Below are positions 38,201 to 62,011 of a DNA stretch of 64,000 nt, in pieces (position 1 is the stretch's first letter; every line of letters begins with the position of its first letter). Origin of the DNA: Balanoglossus misakiensis (taxonomy: Eukaryota; Animalia; Hemichordata). The translations under genes were made by a program, and so were the position numbers. Under the pieces are notes generated by a model. The model was given only the letters and a program-made list of their open reading frames with translations, ran no database searches and was not told the origin of the DNA. The stretch covers positions 9,567,061-9,631,060 of the forward strand of contig CM082584.2 in assembly GCA_040954595.2 (NCBI GenBank), in the 5' to 3' direction.

Positions 38201-41200
38201 TGCTACATTAAACCTGTCAAACTGGTGGATTTATCCAAAGACCTCATAACATCTTCATAAAACATTTCTCTCCGAATCCAATACAGACAACCTTTATTTT
38301 AAAAAATAATGTGATTGATGCAAATATTCACCAGTAATATTAGGTTATGATTGATTTTCACTGCAATCATCTGACTGCAATATTTGCCAATTAGGGGTCG
38401 GATATCTACATTGACCCTTCTGTTGACGGAGGCTCTTTCATCCCTCCCCTCCCTCCCTCCCCCTCTCTGCATGATCAGCTCTGTTGGTTCCCACTAGTCC
38501 CACATCTGGCACCAAGTTGTGCAGAATTCTTTTCACATTTGTCAACCGTCATTTATACGACTTTCAAGAGAAAACCTGCGATGGCATGTCATCCTGACTT
38601 GTGCTGGCAATGTTCCAAGTGGATAGACTGCACAAATTTAATTTAAACTCAGAATTGATGAACCTCGCATACGTGCACAGGGTGCCAATGTTTTGTCATT
38701 GGACGATGTCTTCATTAGTCTAGTATCCAGTCGTATTTTGACTGCTTTGTTTGAAGATGTCAATATCAACAGCAATGACTGTGGGCACGCTCAGTTACAC
38801 GTACTAGCCAAGCCCTGAATAAAAGCTACGAAACGTGGAAATATAAGAACATGCATGCAAAAGTCAGGAGTCCTTTAAGAATGAAAACTGAGACTACTGT
38901 AATCCTCAGTGTAAACTGATAGCAGGACAGGGCCAGGAAGACTGCCTTCAAGGCAGAGAGGAGAAGAAGTTCAGGAAATACGAACCGACCAGCAAAGATA
39001 AAAAATAAAGAAGTTCAGTACATTGTATCCCCATGTGGATAGAATGAACTGCAAGTCACCATCTGCTGAATTCTCAATATCATGTGCATGCAAAGTCCAT
39101 GCAAGGCCTGTGTAATACAGACATGTGGCATTTCTTTGCCAGGTAGAATGAACGAGTCGACTGACGATCAGAGGACTCCTATTCTGACTTCGCATGCTCC
39201 TGTATGTACATAGGTCAGGAATAAGATGAAAGTATTAATCCCATCACCAAATTGCTGCGTTGTTATCTCAAGCACATATAGTTTGGCAGAGTCAACTAGT
39301 TCCCATATAAAATCTCCCCTTTCCATCAGCCCTTCCTCTTGATGAGGGTGTCAGTTTCTCGGTATCAGGGCCATCAAATCATCCAATCAAAATGTCTGAA
39401 GCCAGACAGTGTGATTTGCTGAGTTTACAAAAACAGCAACGAGGAGGAAATACTCGGACAACAAAAAGGCAATCATCGTTTCAATAATGTGCTCTTAGAT
39501 GACAACCCGGAGGCTGAATTCCAATCAATCGCTGATTCTGTCGGCAGATCTCCGACAAAGACTACTCATCAAACAGGTGAATTGCCTTCCACACCACAGG
39601 GGCTTCCCTCATTTTGTTCAGCTATGTCCGGTGACAAATGAAACCATATTATCGAGAAAAATGCGCATACCGTACATTTCATCTATGACAATTTGATTGG
39701 CTTCATCAGGATAGGCTGAAAAAAAAGTTTATATCGCTGCTGATCGTTGGGGTAGCTTAGCCCTCCACGCACGTAAAATATGACAGCTTCAATAATTCAG
39801 TAAAATACAATCACTGTACTGATATATAGGCAATTTATTGTATATGCTTTGAAAAAAAATGACATGCACAGGCCAGAAATGTAACTGCTTTGAATAAAGT
39901 GATATTTACCGGTACAGGCAAAAATATTGAATTTCCTTTGACAAAAGTGACGTTTCTGCAACAAGCAAAGAACGATATCTGTATACAAATGCCACCTGCT
40001 TTGAATAGCTTTTTTAAAACCTATCTCTGCACGTCTCTGACAACCTGTCACGGCGGGGCAACCAACAAATCTCAAATACAGAAGCCAAAGCTTTTACTAG
40101 ATTTCCTGCGCCGTAATTGAACCAATCATCCTCTCAATGGCATCAATTTTCAGGTCTTTTAAAAAACCAACAAAAGTTCGCGCAGCCCTTGAAACAACAT
40201 CCTGCGCATTTTGCGATGCTACGTTTTCTGCGAGACATTTCGCTTTACACCATGACATCAGAAAAACACTGCTCCAGCAATTTTAAATTATCATCAGAAT
40301 TCTCACAAACATTCAACCTAGTTCAGACACGCTATGACGTATAATGGTGCATTCTGGGAATCAAACTGCAAAAGTCATTTCCCCTCTCTCTTTCGCTCTC
40401 TCTGCACGGATGCGCTATTATAAGCCTTTTCTTTTCACCAAGCTGATTACCATCTGACACCCAAACACATACATGTACACGGGACATAATTGAGGTGACA
40501 TCATCAGAAACAACAATTCATTTTTAAAGGAAATTACCAGCAACACTATCTTGTAACTTGATTAAAAACATGCATCTACAATGATGCACACTGGCATTAT
40601 CTCAGCCAGAATTGCAGCAAACTCTTCCATGAAAACAGTTCAACTATTAATGGTACGGAATGAAGTCAGCATTACCCAGAGTTGATCGAGACTGATTAAT
40701 TTGATAACACAGACAGAGGTTCTGGAGCATTGGTTTGTTTTCTTCCCCCGGCGGCAGTTCTGGTTATTAAACAGGAACGATTCATTTATATTCATTTATA
40801 CACACAGTGTCACACCATCAAGATCATATCAGCGACTGGCTGCATGCATGCATACTGATCTGGCAGTTTTATCAGCTTCATACATGTACATCATGTATCG
40901 ACGTTGGATTTTGATGTGTCAATTAACCACCTGATCTTAAGTGACACTGTAATCGGAGACGGTGAGTTGAGAGATATACACCACAGTCAACAAGAGTGAT
41001 ATTGTGGAGTTGGCTGTCTGAATACAAGTCCACAGCTGCATCTGACGCATACTTAGGTTTAGTAATCAATTGAGATGAGACAGCCAGTATGGGACAGGGA
41101 TGGCAGAGAGATGACGATATATTTTTGTATCTCGGGCATGCATGTATTTTATATCGATAATGGATGCCCCCTCTTGACTCAGAACTCAGCGTCTTCAAAT

Positions 41201-44200
41201 GAAATGTTTTCATCTCACCATCACTTGAGTCTGACACTAATCACTGGCGCACCTGAACAAGGAATTCGGTCTCGTAAAAAAAAGAAGACAGATCTTTTCG
41301 TCCGTTTAATTCTGAGTGATGAGAATAGCAGTGCTGGCTGGCACAGCTGAGCTCGAGTTACTGATGTGCAGCCCTGTCACAGTTTTTTTTAATCAACGAG
41401 CACAATGCGCTGTGGCTCCGTACGTCTATCGCTGTAATCAGGGTGGATGCGAGGAGTAGGGAGAAAAAAGGCAAGGAACAAGGGTGCATCTGAAATGCCA
41501 AGAAGCCTTGGGAACGTCTTGAGAAGCCTTGGGAACGTCTTGAGAAGCCCTGATGTCTGGCTCGATGAGGCAGTGCAAGACAGCGGGGGAATTTATCGCT
41601 GAACATCACAGCGGAAATTGCCGAAGTGCAATTAAAGTTGGAATTACGCTGCGTGTGAAGTTTCGGATCCGAGTATTCTGCAGGGCAGGTGATCATTTGT
41701 ATGGCCTTAAATGGCAGTATACGACAAAGGCATCTTTTGATGCAGTGATGACATAGGTCCGTGTGCATTTGTATCCTGTCTTCCGTTTAAAATCTTTGAC
41801 GTCTTAGGGTGGCTAGCTGACACTTTCTCTCAGTTAACGACAGCATAGCTATTCAGCTTTGAAACCCTGAAATGTCAAGACGTTGCTAAATTTGGACGAG
41901 AGAATCAATGTGTGTCAATCAACTTCTATTGCAAGCTTCCTGGGGATGCCATGCTCTTCCTTGCTTTTCTATTCTCTTAGAAAATTTATGATTTGGGTGA
42001 ATCTGCATGGACATGGGAAAAAAAACTCATTACAAAGTAGTCTGGCAGCCTTTCTTACTGAGATCACATCACAAAATATACACACACTGACAGAGCCTAA
42101 TCGATTACCGGTAGTCCCCTTGGACTTTGCCTTTGAGGACTAAAAATGTTGAAATTCCAATGAATCATGCCCTAGACCTTGGGCTGAGCACTGTACATGT
42201 ACGATGACAAAATGGTGACACTGATAGTATCTCGGCAGAAATTGCAGTGTCAAACAGGATAAATTGAATAAATAAATTGAAAGCAGGGGCAAAGTTCGTC
42301 ACAAAGAAGAGTTTGCATCCCTATGGAGACTTCATCCCACTGACGTGAGGTGCTACCATAATTTGCTCCTGGCAACTTCCTGTGAAGGCGACAATCGCGT
42401 GAATACAAAGTTCAGCTTCGTCTGAAACCATGAGAATGGACATAAATTATGCAGTGTCTGGGTGTGTGAAAACTGGCAATGAATGAGGTTGATAAAAGAC
42501 ATGAAATATTTCATCGCTATACTCAGAGATAAGCTATGCACAACCGCTGAGTGTCAAACAGGATATTTTCTCAGCAACTAGATAAAATTCAAAGGAAGTA
42601 GAAATCTCAATATTTTGACAAATTTATTTCGTTATCATTCAGTCAATTTCTAGATCAATTTCAGAAGTGAAAGTTAAATTTTATGACAAAGTTATTTCAG
42701 GATTCATAAAAAAAAGTCAATATCACAACGAAATATACACAAATGTGTGAAAGTATATAGAAATATTACATTTTGATGGGGAATTTCGTTGAAGTGGATT
42801 TTCTTGGGTTTTGCGAGATATTAGACCTACGACCATCTCGGCAAATAAAACCTACATCATTGCTTTGGGGCCTCTGAATGAAATCTTCTTGACGGGACGT
42901 CGTTATGAATACAAAACATTTTGTACAGCCTAGGTAGCAATAAGAGACTTGTAGACTTGTCTTGTACAGACTGTTGATGAATAAATCTGGATGTTTGGAA
43001 ATTCTTACCTCAAGCGCATTTGAGAATGTCAAAAGTGAAAGACTTTGTCCCTTTAATGTTACATTCTTTGAATGTGTGAGCAAAATTCTGGTATTCTATC
43101 ACTGTAAATAATGCATGGTACTTCTTCAGTAAGCAGCGTTTGTTGCTGGCCACTCCATATGTATTCAACTCACACCCTGATCATGCTAATTTAGCTCATG
43201 AAATCCCAGGTCGGCCTGCAGTAACGCAAGAGTTGATCCATCAGCTGTACTTGATCAGAATTCAAAGCCGCACTGGGACAAGCCCACATATTAAAACAGT
43301 GCAGTCATGCATATAAAAAAAATCAAAATTCACTAGTTTAATAAATTCCCACACTAAAAATTGTTCTCTTTTTTCTGTTGCAAGAACTGTGCCCGATATA
43401 TACTGAGCTGATAAATCTATGAAATGAGACTGTTGGCTCAGCACATTTGATCTTTCCTACTTTTCCATCATTGATCAAAATAATTTCTCATATCCATTAT
43501 TCAGCAATGTCCCCTCATATCCTGCCTCCCAGCCACATATTTTATTCTTCGAACTAACAGTCTATCAACAACGGACACACAATCCAAATATTTGCTACAC
43601 ACCTGCGCCATTTTCTCTTTTCATTTAATTAAGGCACTCACACGTCGAATCAAATCATCGTCTCTGTCTGAATCCAAACCCAACTTCGAACATATTCAAT
43701 AATTCAGTATCTCAGATTCTCATGGTATTTTAACATTTTTCTGATGAGATGAATTATTGATGTTACGAATGTCAATCACCAGGTGTTATCAAGCGAAAGC
43801 AGATATCAGTCTACTCTTGGCTAGAAAAAGAAAATTTTCGATTTTGCACACACTCTCATTTGTGAGCTCGAGCCATCAGACAAAAAATCCTCAACTGCTG
43901 TTATGGCAACATGCCATGGTTCAGTCCAAACCCATTGTTTTCTATGGTAAGGTTGGACCTCTAAACAGTGAAATGGGGGGTGAAAGTAATATGGTCAATT
44001 GAACAAGACATGGTTCAACGTAATTGTGTAAGAGATTTTGGAAACAAATATATTTGCACATCAATCAATGGAAAACAAACAAACAAATGTGTACACTACA
44101 TTTGACCCTATTGAAATGCAATGACAAAGCACTCAGGTTCATTTGATGACAAAGGACACTCCCTATTTCAACTTCCAAGTGAATCCCAACGGTTTCGGTT

Positions 44201-44797
44201 GCATGTTGAACTGAAATTATGCCAATGGTCAATGTGTGTTGCTGTCAACTTGAACTCGTGTGGTCCAATGTAACCAGTAACATTCGAAAAGAGCAATGTA
44301 AGAGACGGACGACTTGACCGGGCCGAAGTGAAAGCTGTCAAGTTGACACGTGACGACAGGGCTTGGCAACGCCAAGGCGTCCGCGTCACTTGCACCATTG
44401 ACATGGAAACCACGATAGTCTGTAAATGCCGACGAGGTAAGACTCGCAGGTAAACATTTGCGCGTGAAACATCACTATAAATTATACACCTTGTCAACTA
44501 GTGTAATAAAAATTTCAGAATAGACTATATAGTCCTGTACTACTACAGTCGCCGAAACCCGTACCCCGTAGGCATGTGAATGCACGCTACAGCATGTACC
44601 CGCTTCCGCAAACTGATGTCAGAACGAGTTCTCACCTTTAGCGTGTTTTCGAATGTTACTTCATCCTTGCTGATGGAACCAACCGCATCGTACACTCTCT
44701 TTGCCCTTTGTACGAGCTCCTCTGTCTGGGTTTTGATAGTTTCTGGAGTCAAATCCCAGCGCAGACGGTTCAGTTCCAAGTGGTGATTTTCGGCCAT
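29210..44797 (-). CDS. THOP1: Thimet oligopeptidase / neurolysin-like M3A zinc metallopeptidase, 15 coding exons, 2007 nt, 668 aa
   Basis: 15 GT-AG exons with consistent phases. Motifs: [27 protein letters not shown], zinc motif [41 protein letters not shown] and [12 protein letters not shown]. Probably a co-orthologue of vertebrate THOP1 and NLN. Confidence 0.92.
29512..29628 (-). CDS. THOP1: M3 peptidase exon 14
   Basis: [39 protein letters not shown]. Confidence 0.92.
29785..29916 (-). CDS. THOP1: M3 peptidase exon 13
   Basis: ADTRSIY...[24 protein letters not shown]. Confidence 0.92.
30103..30334 (-). CDS. THOP1: M3 peptidase exon 12
   Basis: [21 protein letters not shown]...[10 protein letters not shown]. 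Confidence 0.93.
31189..31262 (-). CDS. THOP1: M3 peptidase exon 11 (HEXXH)
   Basis: [24 protein letters not shown]. Confidence 0.93.
31864..32076 (-). CDS. THOP1: M3 peptidase exon 10
   Basis: FSVTD...[22 protein letters not shown]...PSLLTHDE. Confidence 0.93.
32292..32357 (-). CDS. THOP1: M3 peptidase exon 9
   Basis: [22 protein letters not shown]. Confidence 0.9.
32629..32790 (-). CDS. THOP1: M3 peptidase exon 8
   Basis: CDQY...WDMRYYM...[19 protein letters not shown]. Confidence 0.92.
33041..33205 (-). CDS. THOP1: M3 peptidase exon 7
   Basis: [21 protein letters not shown]...YKKEE. Confidence 0.92.
33369..33423 (-). CDS. THOP1: M3 peptidase exon 6
   Basis: [18 protein letters not shown]; AAG| acceptor, |GTTGG donor. 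Confidence 0.87.
33597..33709 (-). CDS. THOP1: M3 peptidase exon 5
   Basis: [22 protein letters not shown]...METAFNSR. Confidence 0.9.
35136..35173 (-). CDS. THOP1: M3 peptidase exon 4 (38 nt)
   Basis: [13 protein letters not shown]; CAG| and |GTATG; phases 1->0 fit the neighbouring exons. Confidence 0.85.
35554..35804 (-). CDS. THOP1: M3 peptidase exon 3
   Basis: MRQDVY...GKRNGLHL...FNKNLNEE. Confidence 0.92.
36734..36873 (-). CDS. THOP1: M3 peptidase exon 2
   Basis: [46 protein letters not shown]. Confidence 0.92.
41501..41549. repeat. 21-bp tandem duplication (2.3 copies) in M3 peptidase intron 1
   Basis: agaagccttgggaacgtcttg x2 plus agaagcc. Confidence 0.9.
44636..44797 (-). CDS. THOP1: M3 peptidase exon 1
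   Basis: AAACATGG start; [19 protein letters not shown]...ENTLK; |GTGAG. An upstream exon cannot be excluded. Confidence 0.85.
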
Positions 44798-45250
44798 GTT
44801 TGCTTCTGCTACGAATAACGGGGGGTGCCACACCTGCAACTGGGGCGGACGGTCGAAGTAACAGGTGTCAAGTAAGAAGGACGAAGAAAAACGCTAACGA
44901 AAGAAAACCGAGTTGCTCGCTCCGAGAAGCAATTCGTGAGAATAAAGCAAAAATAGACTGCTCGCTTCAGTAATAGATTAAACTCCTTCGATTTGAACCC
45001 GGGGTTTTTGTTCTACTGCCATCACGGTACATTTGCGGAAAATACTTTCTTTTTTAACCCAAGTTTGTACCAGACAGTGTACTCCATGTATAACGTCATC
45101 AGAGGGCGTCAAGCAGCATCGTCTGGGGCATGCAAGACTTGTTTTGACTTCCAAACATGCATATAAGCACGAACATCAGAGTATTGGCTATTACAGCACC
45201 AATAAATAAACAATCTTGAGCGAAATATCATTTAACACACACCAGTCTCA

Positions 45251-45256
45251 TTTATT
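45251..45256 (-). terminator. Candidate distal polyadenylation signal of the kinesin-13 gene (would imply a ~2.3 kb 3' UTR)
   Basis: Minus-strand AATAAA at the end of an AU-rich stretch, about 450 bp before the peptidase start codon; no transcript evidence. Confidence 0.4.
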
Positions 45257-47553
45257 TACTAAATGTCTAGCCGAACAGAAACGCGACAGAAATACTTTAT
45301 ACACACATGGTGAACACAAGACTAGTTTGTTTGTTCAAATGGGGAAGAGAGGACAGAAAGGCAGTAAAGTTGAAACATTATACAGAATCGGGGGAGGGGG
45401 AGGGGGATGTCACAGTGGAAAATTACACAAGTGCAGCTCAATGAAAAAATTGATAAGAAAAATTACAGTTACAGGGATCAACTTCCTGTATGACAAATGT
45501 ATAAAAAAGATTTTTCTTGTGGCATTTTTGGGAGGATGAAAAAGGCTAACAATCTACAGTCTTAGTATAAATTGTGCTGGTATTATTACTTGCGAGATAT
45601 GCTTTTATATGAATGTTATTGTATATGCACTACATTTGCATTTCTCAAAATCTCTATAGAAACTAGCAATAACGGAAATTATTAACTGTGGTGTGCGCAG
45701 CCATAATGTACAAACGCAACCCCCAAAAAGGCACTGCACGACTTTGATCCAAGTAACTCCATGATCAACTCATTCAGTACAACACAAAAAAAATACACAG
45801 AAAATCTGGGAAACCAGAAACACACTTGAGAAAAAAGTACAATGATTGTTTTTTTTCTGGGCAGCGAGAGATGATTGGCCGAGTGCAAGTCACATGAAGT
45901 CATGTGACATCAGTGAGCCAATCAAATCACTGGACAGTGGGAATGACACAAACCATATTTAAATGTCTATTTCTATAATGAGGTGCCAGTGTACCTAATA
46001 TATTTTGTGACCACCACACTGATCTGACGTAACTTTAACAGCACAGATTGACAAAGCAGTGTAACTTAAGTTTCAGCACGCCCCATCATATTGAAGTGCC
46101 CTACACTTGATTGCCACATACTTTATTTACAGTGGGCCTAAACTGATGTAAATGCAAGTTCTGTAATACTGGTAAAATCCATCGCAATTTTTGACTATTA
46201 AACACAGCTACATGGGCACTCCAACTGTCCACTATTAAGACTGGCATCGTCTTCAATGTGATAAGAGGCTTACGTTCAGGTACAGGGAAAAGACTACCAT
46301 GCTATATGCATACTCCCACAATCTGCCTTGCTTTAGTCAAGCCATTTTCTATCAAGGTCATAAATGCAGCAAATCCAACTCTTGATTACCTAAGAGTGCT
46401 GAAACCAAAGTTACACTGTCACCACGACATGACAGAGAGTTGTTACACCCACGTTCACATAAATATATAGTGTAAACTATCTACTCTAGACTACGCTACA
46501 TCTTTACAGAGACAACCTCATTGAGGTTTGGAGTATTACTTTGTTCATATAATTGCATACAAATAATCTCAATTGATCACAAATTCAGCTGTCAGTATTT
46601 ACAAAAAAAGGTGCACTCCGCACATATAAAAAAATCTACACAACACACGCCGTTTCTTCTTCGAAAGATGGGGATAATTCAATGGTGTGGATTTCAAGTC
46701 TACATTCAATCGGTCATCTTATTTCAGGAAAGATTTTCTTGGAGAATTCTAACTACGAGAGAAGACGGGACACATTCTAATGTCTATTCTCAGCACCCGT
46801 CTTTCATTGCTACCCTGTTGCTGGCCTTCCTTGCTTGAATCACAAGGAGTGGCTGTCTATTCTCCCGGTCACTACTGTATAAGGTGGGAAGGTAATCTTG
46901 TTCTATCAAGGAAAATCACAGTGGTCGTCAAATCGACGAAATCAAGTCTGTGATCCTGCATTTTTTAGCCTGGAAAAGATATCATCGCAGAAATGAAAAT
47001 ATAGTGCTCAAGAAAAAAAAACAGTAATCAGTTTTTTCCTCACAAAAACTGATATCTCAAATGCTATGCAAATTTTAATTCGAGCTTGGCTCTTTGGCTG
47101 TGGACTCCTCTCTCAAAGATGTCTACATTGCTTGTATTTTTACTGCATGTATAATATTATGTACACAGGGCAGCTCCCAGCTCAGTGGGAGCTACATCCT
47201 TACGCCGTTGTCATGCCAATTGTGTAAAATTGTACTTTCCCCCTAATGAATTCCTTCTCAAAAGTTCACTGTTAAGCATTCCACGCTTCGAGTTAAGATT
47301 CAGGCCAACAGGAAAGCCGCTGTCAAGAGATCAGCACTGTGCGGACATCGAAATGTGCTCACGTTGTTTGTCATATGCTATACTCATTATGGACAAAACA
47401 TACTGAGGAAACTGCACAACAACAAAAAAATATACAAAAAAAAAGAAAGTTCTCTCTCTGAAAATCGTGCAAAACAAGGGTAAATATAATCCACAATATT
47501 GTAAATTTGTTTTTCCATAAGAATACCACATCTTAGTTCTGTTATTATCTTTT

Positions 47554-57713
<10,160 letters not shown>

Positions 57714-57849
57714 TTTGGTATCGTAGGATATCTATGCTCGCATCAATCGAAGTTTGAAGTTCGTGTTAGAAACAGAAATTAATGAAAAATTCGTTCAGCG
57801 TAACAGCGATTAAGACATATATCACTTCGATTCGTCTGCGAAAGAAAAT

Positions 57850-58060
57850 ATCGTTGAAAAATTTGAATAAAGTTACTGCACATGCGTGTTTAGAAATCCT
57901 TCCCAGAATGCAGCATGCGACTTCCTGTAAAATTGCGCCCCTAGCGACATAGTTTATTATTCATTCGTTTAGTCTGAACTTCCATCCACATGTGCCGAAG
58001 ACGTGAAAGTCCGCGTTGAAAAGGCCAAGGAAAATAGTGACAACGCCACCTATAGTTTAT
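57850..58060 (-). promoter_or_regulatory. Putative kinesin-13 proximal promoter
   Basis: Within 350 bp of the ATG: TTTGAA (CHR-like, 57862), gcacatgcg (NRF1-like), ttcccagaatgc (ZNF143/SBS-like, 57900), acttcctg (ETS, 57920) and CTCF-like sites at 57935 and 58044. Motif matches were made by eye. Confidence 0.5.
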
Positions 58061-58166
58061 AGTTGGGTTGCCCATTTGTCTGATAGTTTACAGCCACTGT
58101 CTCCTTACCATCTCGTGCCTTTTTCGAGCGCCTATGTAATATAGACATTAAAAGAAATAAGTGTAA

Positions 58167-58216
58167 TCATCATCACAACCACTACCACTACCAACATCAT
58201 CATCATCATTATCATC
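58167..58216. repeat. Imperfect trinucleotide (CAT/CAC/TAC) repeat
   Basis: tcatcatcacaaccactaccactaccaacatcatcatcatcattatcatc. Confidence 0.7.
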
Positions 58217-61200
58217 CCAACAGTATGACCTGTTTGACTTGTTGTCCGACAGCTTTATACAAATTACACACTCAGCTGCACTTTATAACACACACCACAG
58301 ACATATACATTTGACGGAGACCTTGTGCACATTTCCCGGGTTTCTGCGCTGTGACCATGACCCATGTCGGCGCCCAGACAGTGCTGCCCAGTGTCGCACA
58401 CAAACAAAGAGAAGAGATTAATGGCACTCTCAAAATAGTATATGTCAAGGGCAAAAGTTTTACACGTGTTATTAGATTAATTGTCGGCGACATTTTTCTT
58501 TGTCCCGTTTACTAAATAAGTGCTATTTATAATATACGCTGCCTTGTAGTGTTAAATCCTATTTTGGTTCTAACTGTTGCGGGTTCAAAGCCACCCGGTT
58601 ATTGACATCTCTCTATGGTGTACCTTACACGTCTGTCTCATCACCCCCCCCCCCCCCAAAAAGAAATCCGTCCTTTTGGAACACACATTGCACTTTTATA
58701 AGAACATGAATTAACATGCGTGCAATTTGCACATATTCATACAGAAGCAAGTAAACACCGAAATTCGACAGCGAACTGGACCACACAGAGTCTGTCCTGA
58801 CAGGTGTGTGGTGTTTGGTCGAGTAAAATAGTCTTTCCGTAGTTCCCTTTTTAAATAGTGGACATTTACACATAAGCGTGTAGATACAACTGTCTATCAC
58901 TGAACATTACTTGCTGTAGTTTCAATTGCTGTGACCCGCCAGGGTTTGCGTTTTAACTACCATGTGCTTTTACGTGACACTCTGTCGGCAGAGGGCGCCG
59001 CCGAAAATAGTCCCATGGCTTTACCAGAAAGGCGGAGAACCGTAGGATTTCATCGTTCGTTTGATCCTACTATAGTCTGTGATCCCACATTCAGCAGAAA
59101 GGGGGAGGGTTATAAGTCACCTTGACTGATTCCATTGTTGGCGCCCTTTTGTGTCGCAACGCGTTGTTTTTTTCCTGGTTATAGCCTAAGCGACGTAAAA
59201 AAAAAACAGTTATGTGATAATTAGGTGTGAAGTTCCGTTACGCTTTTATTCGCGTACTCACAGGGTAACAGCAAAAAGGAAGCATTGTCGCTTTTTAATT
59301 CGCATACAGGCGACCATGCAAGTTTCGTCTGTCCGATGCACATGTAGGGGAGAAAGTCGACCACTACGCACACAAAGATTTCGTGTCGGTGCATTCAACC
59401 TGAGCACGTTCAACCAACTTCCTAAATGCAGTGACTCTTGGTTGAGTTAAATGATAGGCCTTTGATAGCCGGTTTATATTCATGACACAATTATCGTGGA
59501 AAAATCAAACATTTGCTCCAATCGGGACGAAAGTGGCTCTCACAGTTGATTTGACCCGTGACCGGCGCGGCAAATCAACATACAGCGTAAACTGCTATCT
59601 AGGCTGATAGCGAGTGCAGAAGCGGGCGGCAGTTGTAACGGTACACTGTCGTCAAGGGGCCACTTTTCGGTGTGGTCGCTGTCATAACAAACGACTCCAA
59701 AAGACAGCGGGACTACAATCATACCAAGTGTCCCAATCGGTACTGAATTCTAGCGCCGAACAGTGCCCACTTTTTCTGTAAAGTCGAGAGTTTTCGTCAA
59801 AAATACGTTTCATCCATGAGGATGTTCATTTTTTCGAAATTACTTTTATGGTGTTTTGAACATTACACAACAAGCTAACACTAACAGCACGTTCAATCTT
59901 CTCCCCTTTAAAGACGTTCATGAAATTCACTGTACTCACAAAGTACTAGTATACCGATTTGGTGGGAGAAGCGGTCTGCAGATGCAGGATCGGATAAGCC
60001 CACAGCGGTAGCGTACAAACTTTACCTTCGTTTAGGTCATAATGATGGCATACAGGATTCACCTATAGCCTGGGGGTTGGACACGACTACAGAACAATCA
60101 AGTATTCAGCCAACTCCGTGGCATGTTTGGTTGGATCTGGAGTGTTATCCAGAAAATGTTTGGAAAGGCATTAAGACAACAATTTCACCGCGTTCCGCCA
60201 AAGTGTCCCGTGAAAGGCGCGCTGAAAGAGGGGTGCGCGTACCGCTCCTTACGTGGCAATTCAACTGAGACTGTTCATAGACCGCTGAGACAACGCTGGA
60301 GTGCTCGACAGAAACGGGCCACTCGTCCTGTTTGTTTGGTGATCCACCAGCCGTAGCCGTTGGCAAATAACGTCAGGGTTGTTGAGAACAGAGGGACATT
60401 TGGCGACTTGAAAGGACGAGCGGGGTGCGGTGTCAAATGTTGGCCGGGCCGTCCACATTCAGACAACCAGTTTCATAGCTGTTCAATATTGTACACGCTC
60501 GGTTGAACATCAGTACACCACCTTCAGTTCTTACAACAATACAATGTCTTGCCTTCAATCTTGCACTTCTGCCGACGATATTGATTTTTCAATATCCTTG
60601 ACCCGAAGCCTTTGAACCGGCAATCATGCACGCAAAAAATCTTGTGCTGAACTTCAGCTGTCTTGCACCGCTGTGACACTATTTTTAGATTTATCGTTTT
60701 GATCAATTTATTTAAAGTTCAGCCGATTGTGTTAGGCCAATAGAGCCCAAAACTTACAGACTAATACAACCGCCGTTGCTTTCAACAGAGACAGGGACTT
60801 TTTCCAGTTGTTGGGAAGATCTTTCTGCTTCCTGTTTTGATGTCATCTCACTACAATGACGCGTGTGCGCAGGCTGACGTAAATATTTGACGTTTGCCGA
60901 AGCTTCATGACGTGGACGGCCACCTGTTTGATCAGCCATGCCATACCGTCCTTATCCGTGAACCATACGCTACAAATTGTTATAAACTGTCCATGCATAG
61001 TAAGACAGGTTTTTATTGGCCACGGGGAGGAATTTAGTTGTACTATCAGAATTGCTTTAACGGGACAACTGTTTGATCACCACCAAACACGCAACGAAAC
61101 TTCTGAACTAACGTCATGCGGACTGAATCTGTTTTCCAAGATCACAACCAAAGAGAAAGTAAGGGCGCCCTCAGCCAGGGGACGCCAACTCTGACTCGAG

Positions 61201-61940
61201 ACAACTCAGCCTGCAATCGCGCTATCCGCTTGGTTAATTGGCAACGTGATCACAAATACCGGTAGCAGGCCGGGGTAGCAGGTAACACCGAGCTTATAAC
61301 GATGGCAACTGGGAAACACTGGATACTAGAAAACAAGAGAGTGACAACCCCTCCCAAACTAAGAAGAACAAATCCCAATTCTCTTATGCAACACTTCCAT
61401 GTCTTCTTACCTGTCCGTTACAGTTTTATTTCAAATGATCCCTTTCTTTCCCGAGTTGTTTTCTGTTTTCTCTTATTGTCTGTGTTGTAAGAAGCAAAGA
61501 GATTACGCTGCTCCTCAAAAGGACTTTACCGTTAACGTGGTATTGGAGAAAATCCAGGATTAGTTCCATTCTTTCTCTCGATTTAAAAGGAAATCTTTAT
61601 CTGGTCCTCTGGGCATTTTTCTGTACATGTAGAAAAATACGGCATTTATCAGTTAGACAAACTTGTTAATGGTGCCGCATCATCCAGCATGTTGTTGACA
61701 CCTTTTGTTCAAAGCACTCGCCGCTGTTGTTGTTGTTATTGGACCCGTTCAGATACGGCGATCTGTGAAAACACCCACGCACTTTTCATCATTGCAATAA
61801 AGTCGTAAAAATCCCTTTGTTGATGATATTGTAGGGACCGCGAAATAAATCGACAGGATATATTGTCACCCCAAAATACGTACAGTGTTGTGTTTTAGAC
61901 ACTGTCGTCATACACCCAGCCATTGAAATATCGAAATTCT

Positions 61941-62011
61941 TTCATTCATTCGTTTATTCGCTAGCTCGCTCGTTCGTTCGTTCGTTCATTCATTCATTCA
62001 TTTGTTCGTTC
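61941..62011. repeat. Imperfect (TTCA/TTCG/CTCG)n tetranucleotide repeat
   Basis: ttcattcattcgtttattcgctagctcgctcgttcgttcgttcgttcattcattcattcatttgttcgttc. Confidence 0.8.
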
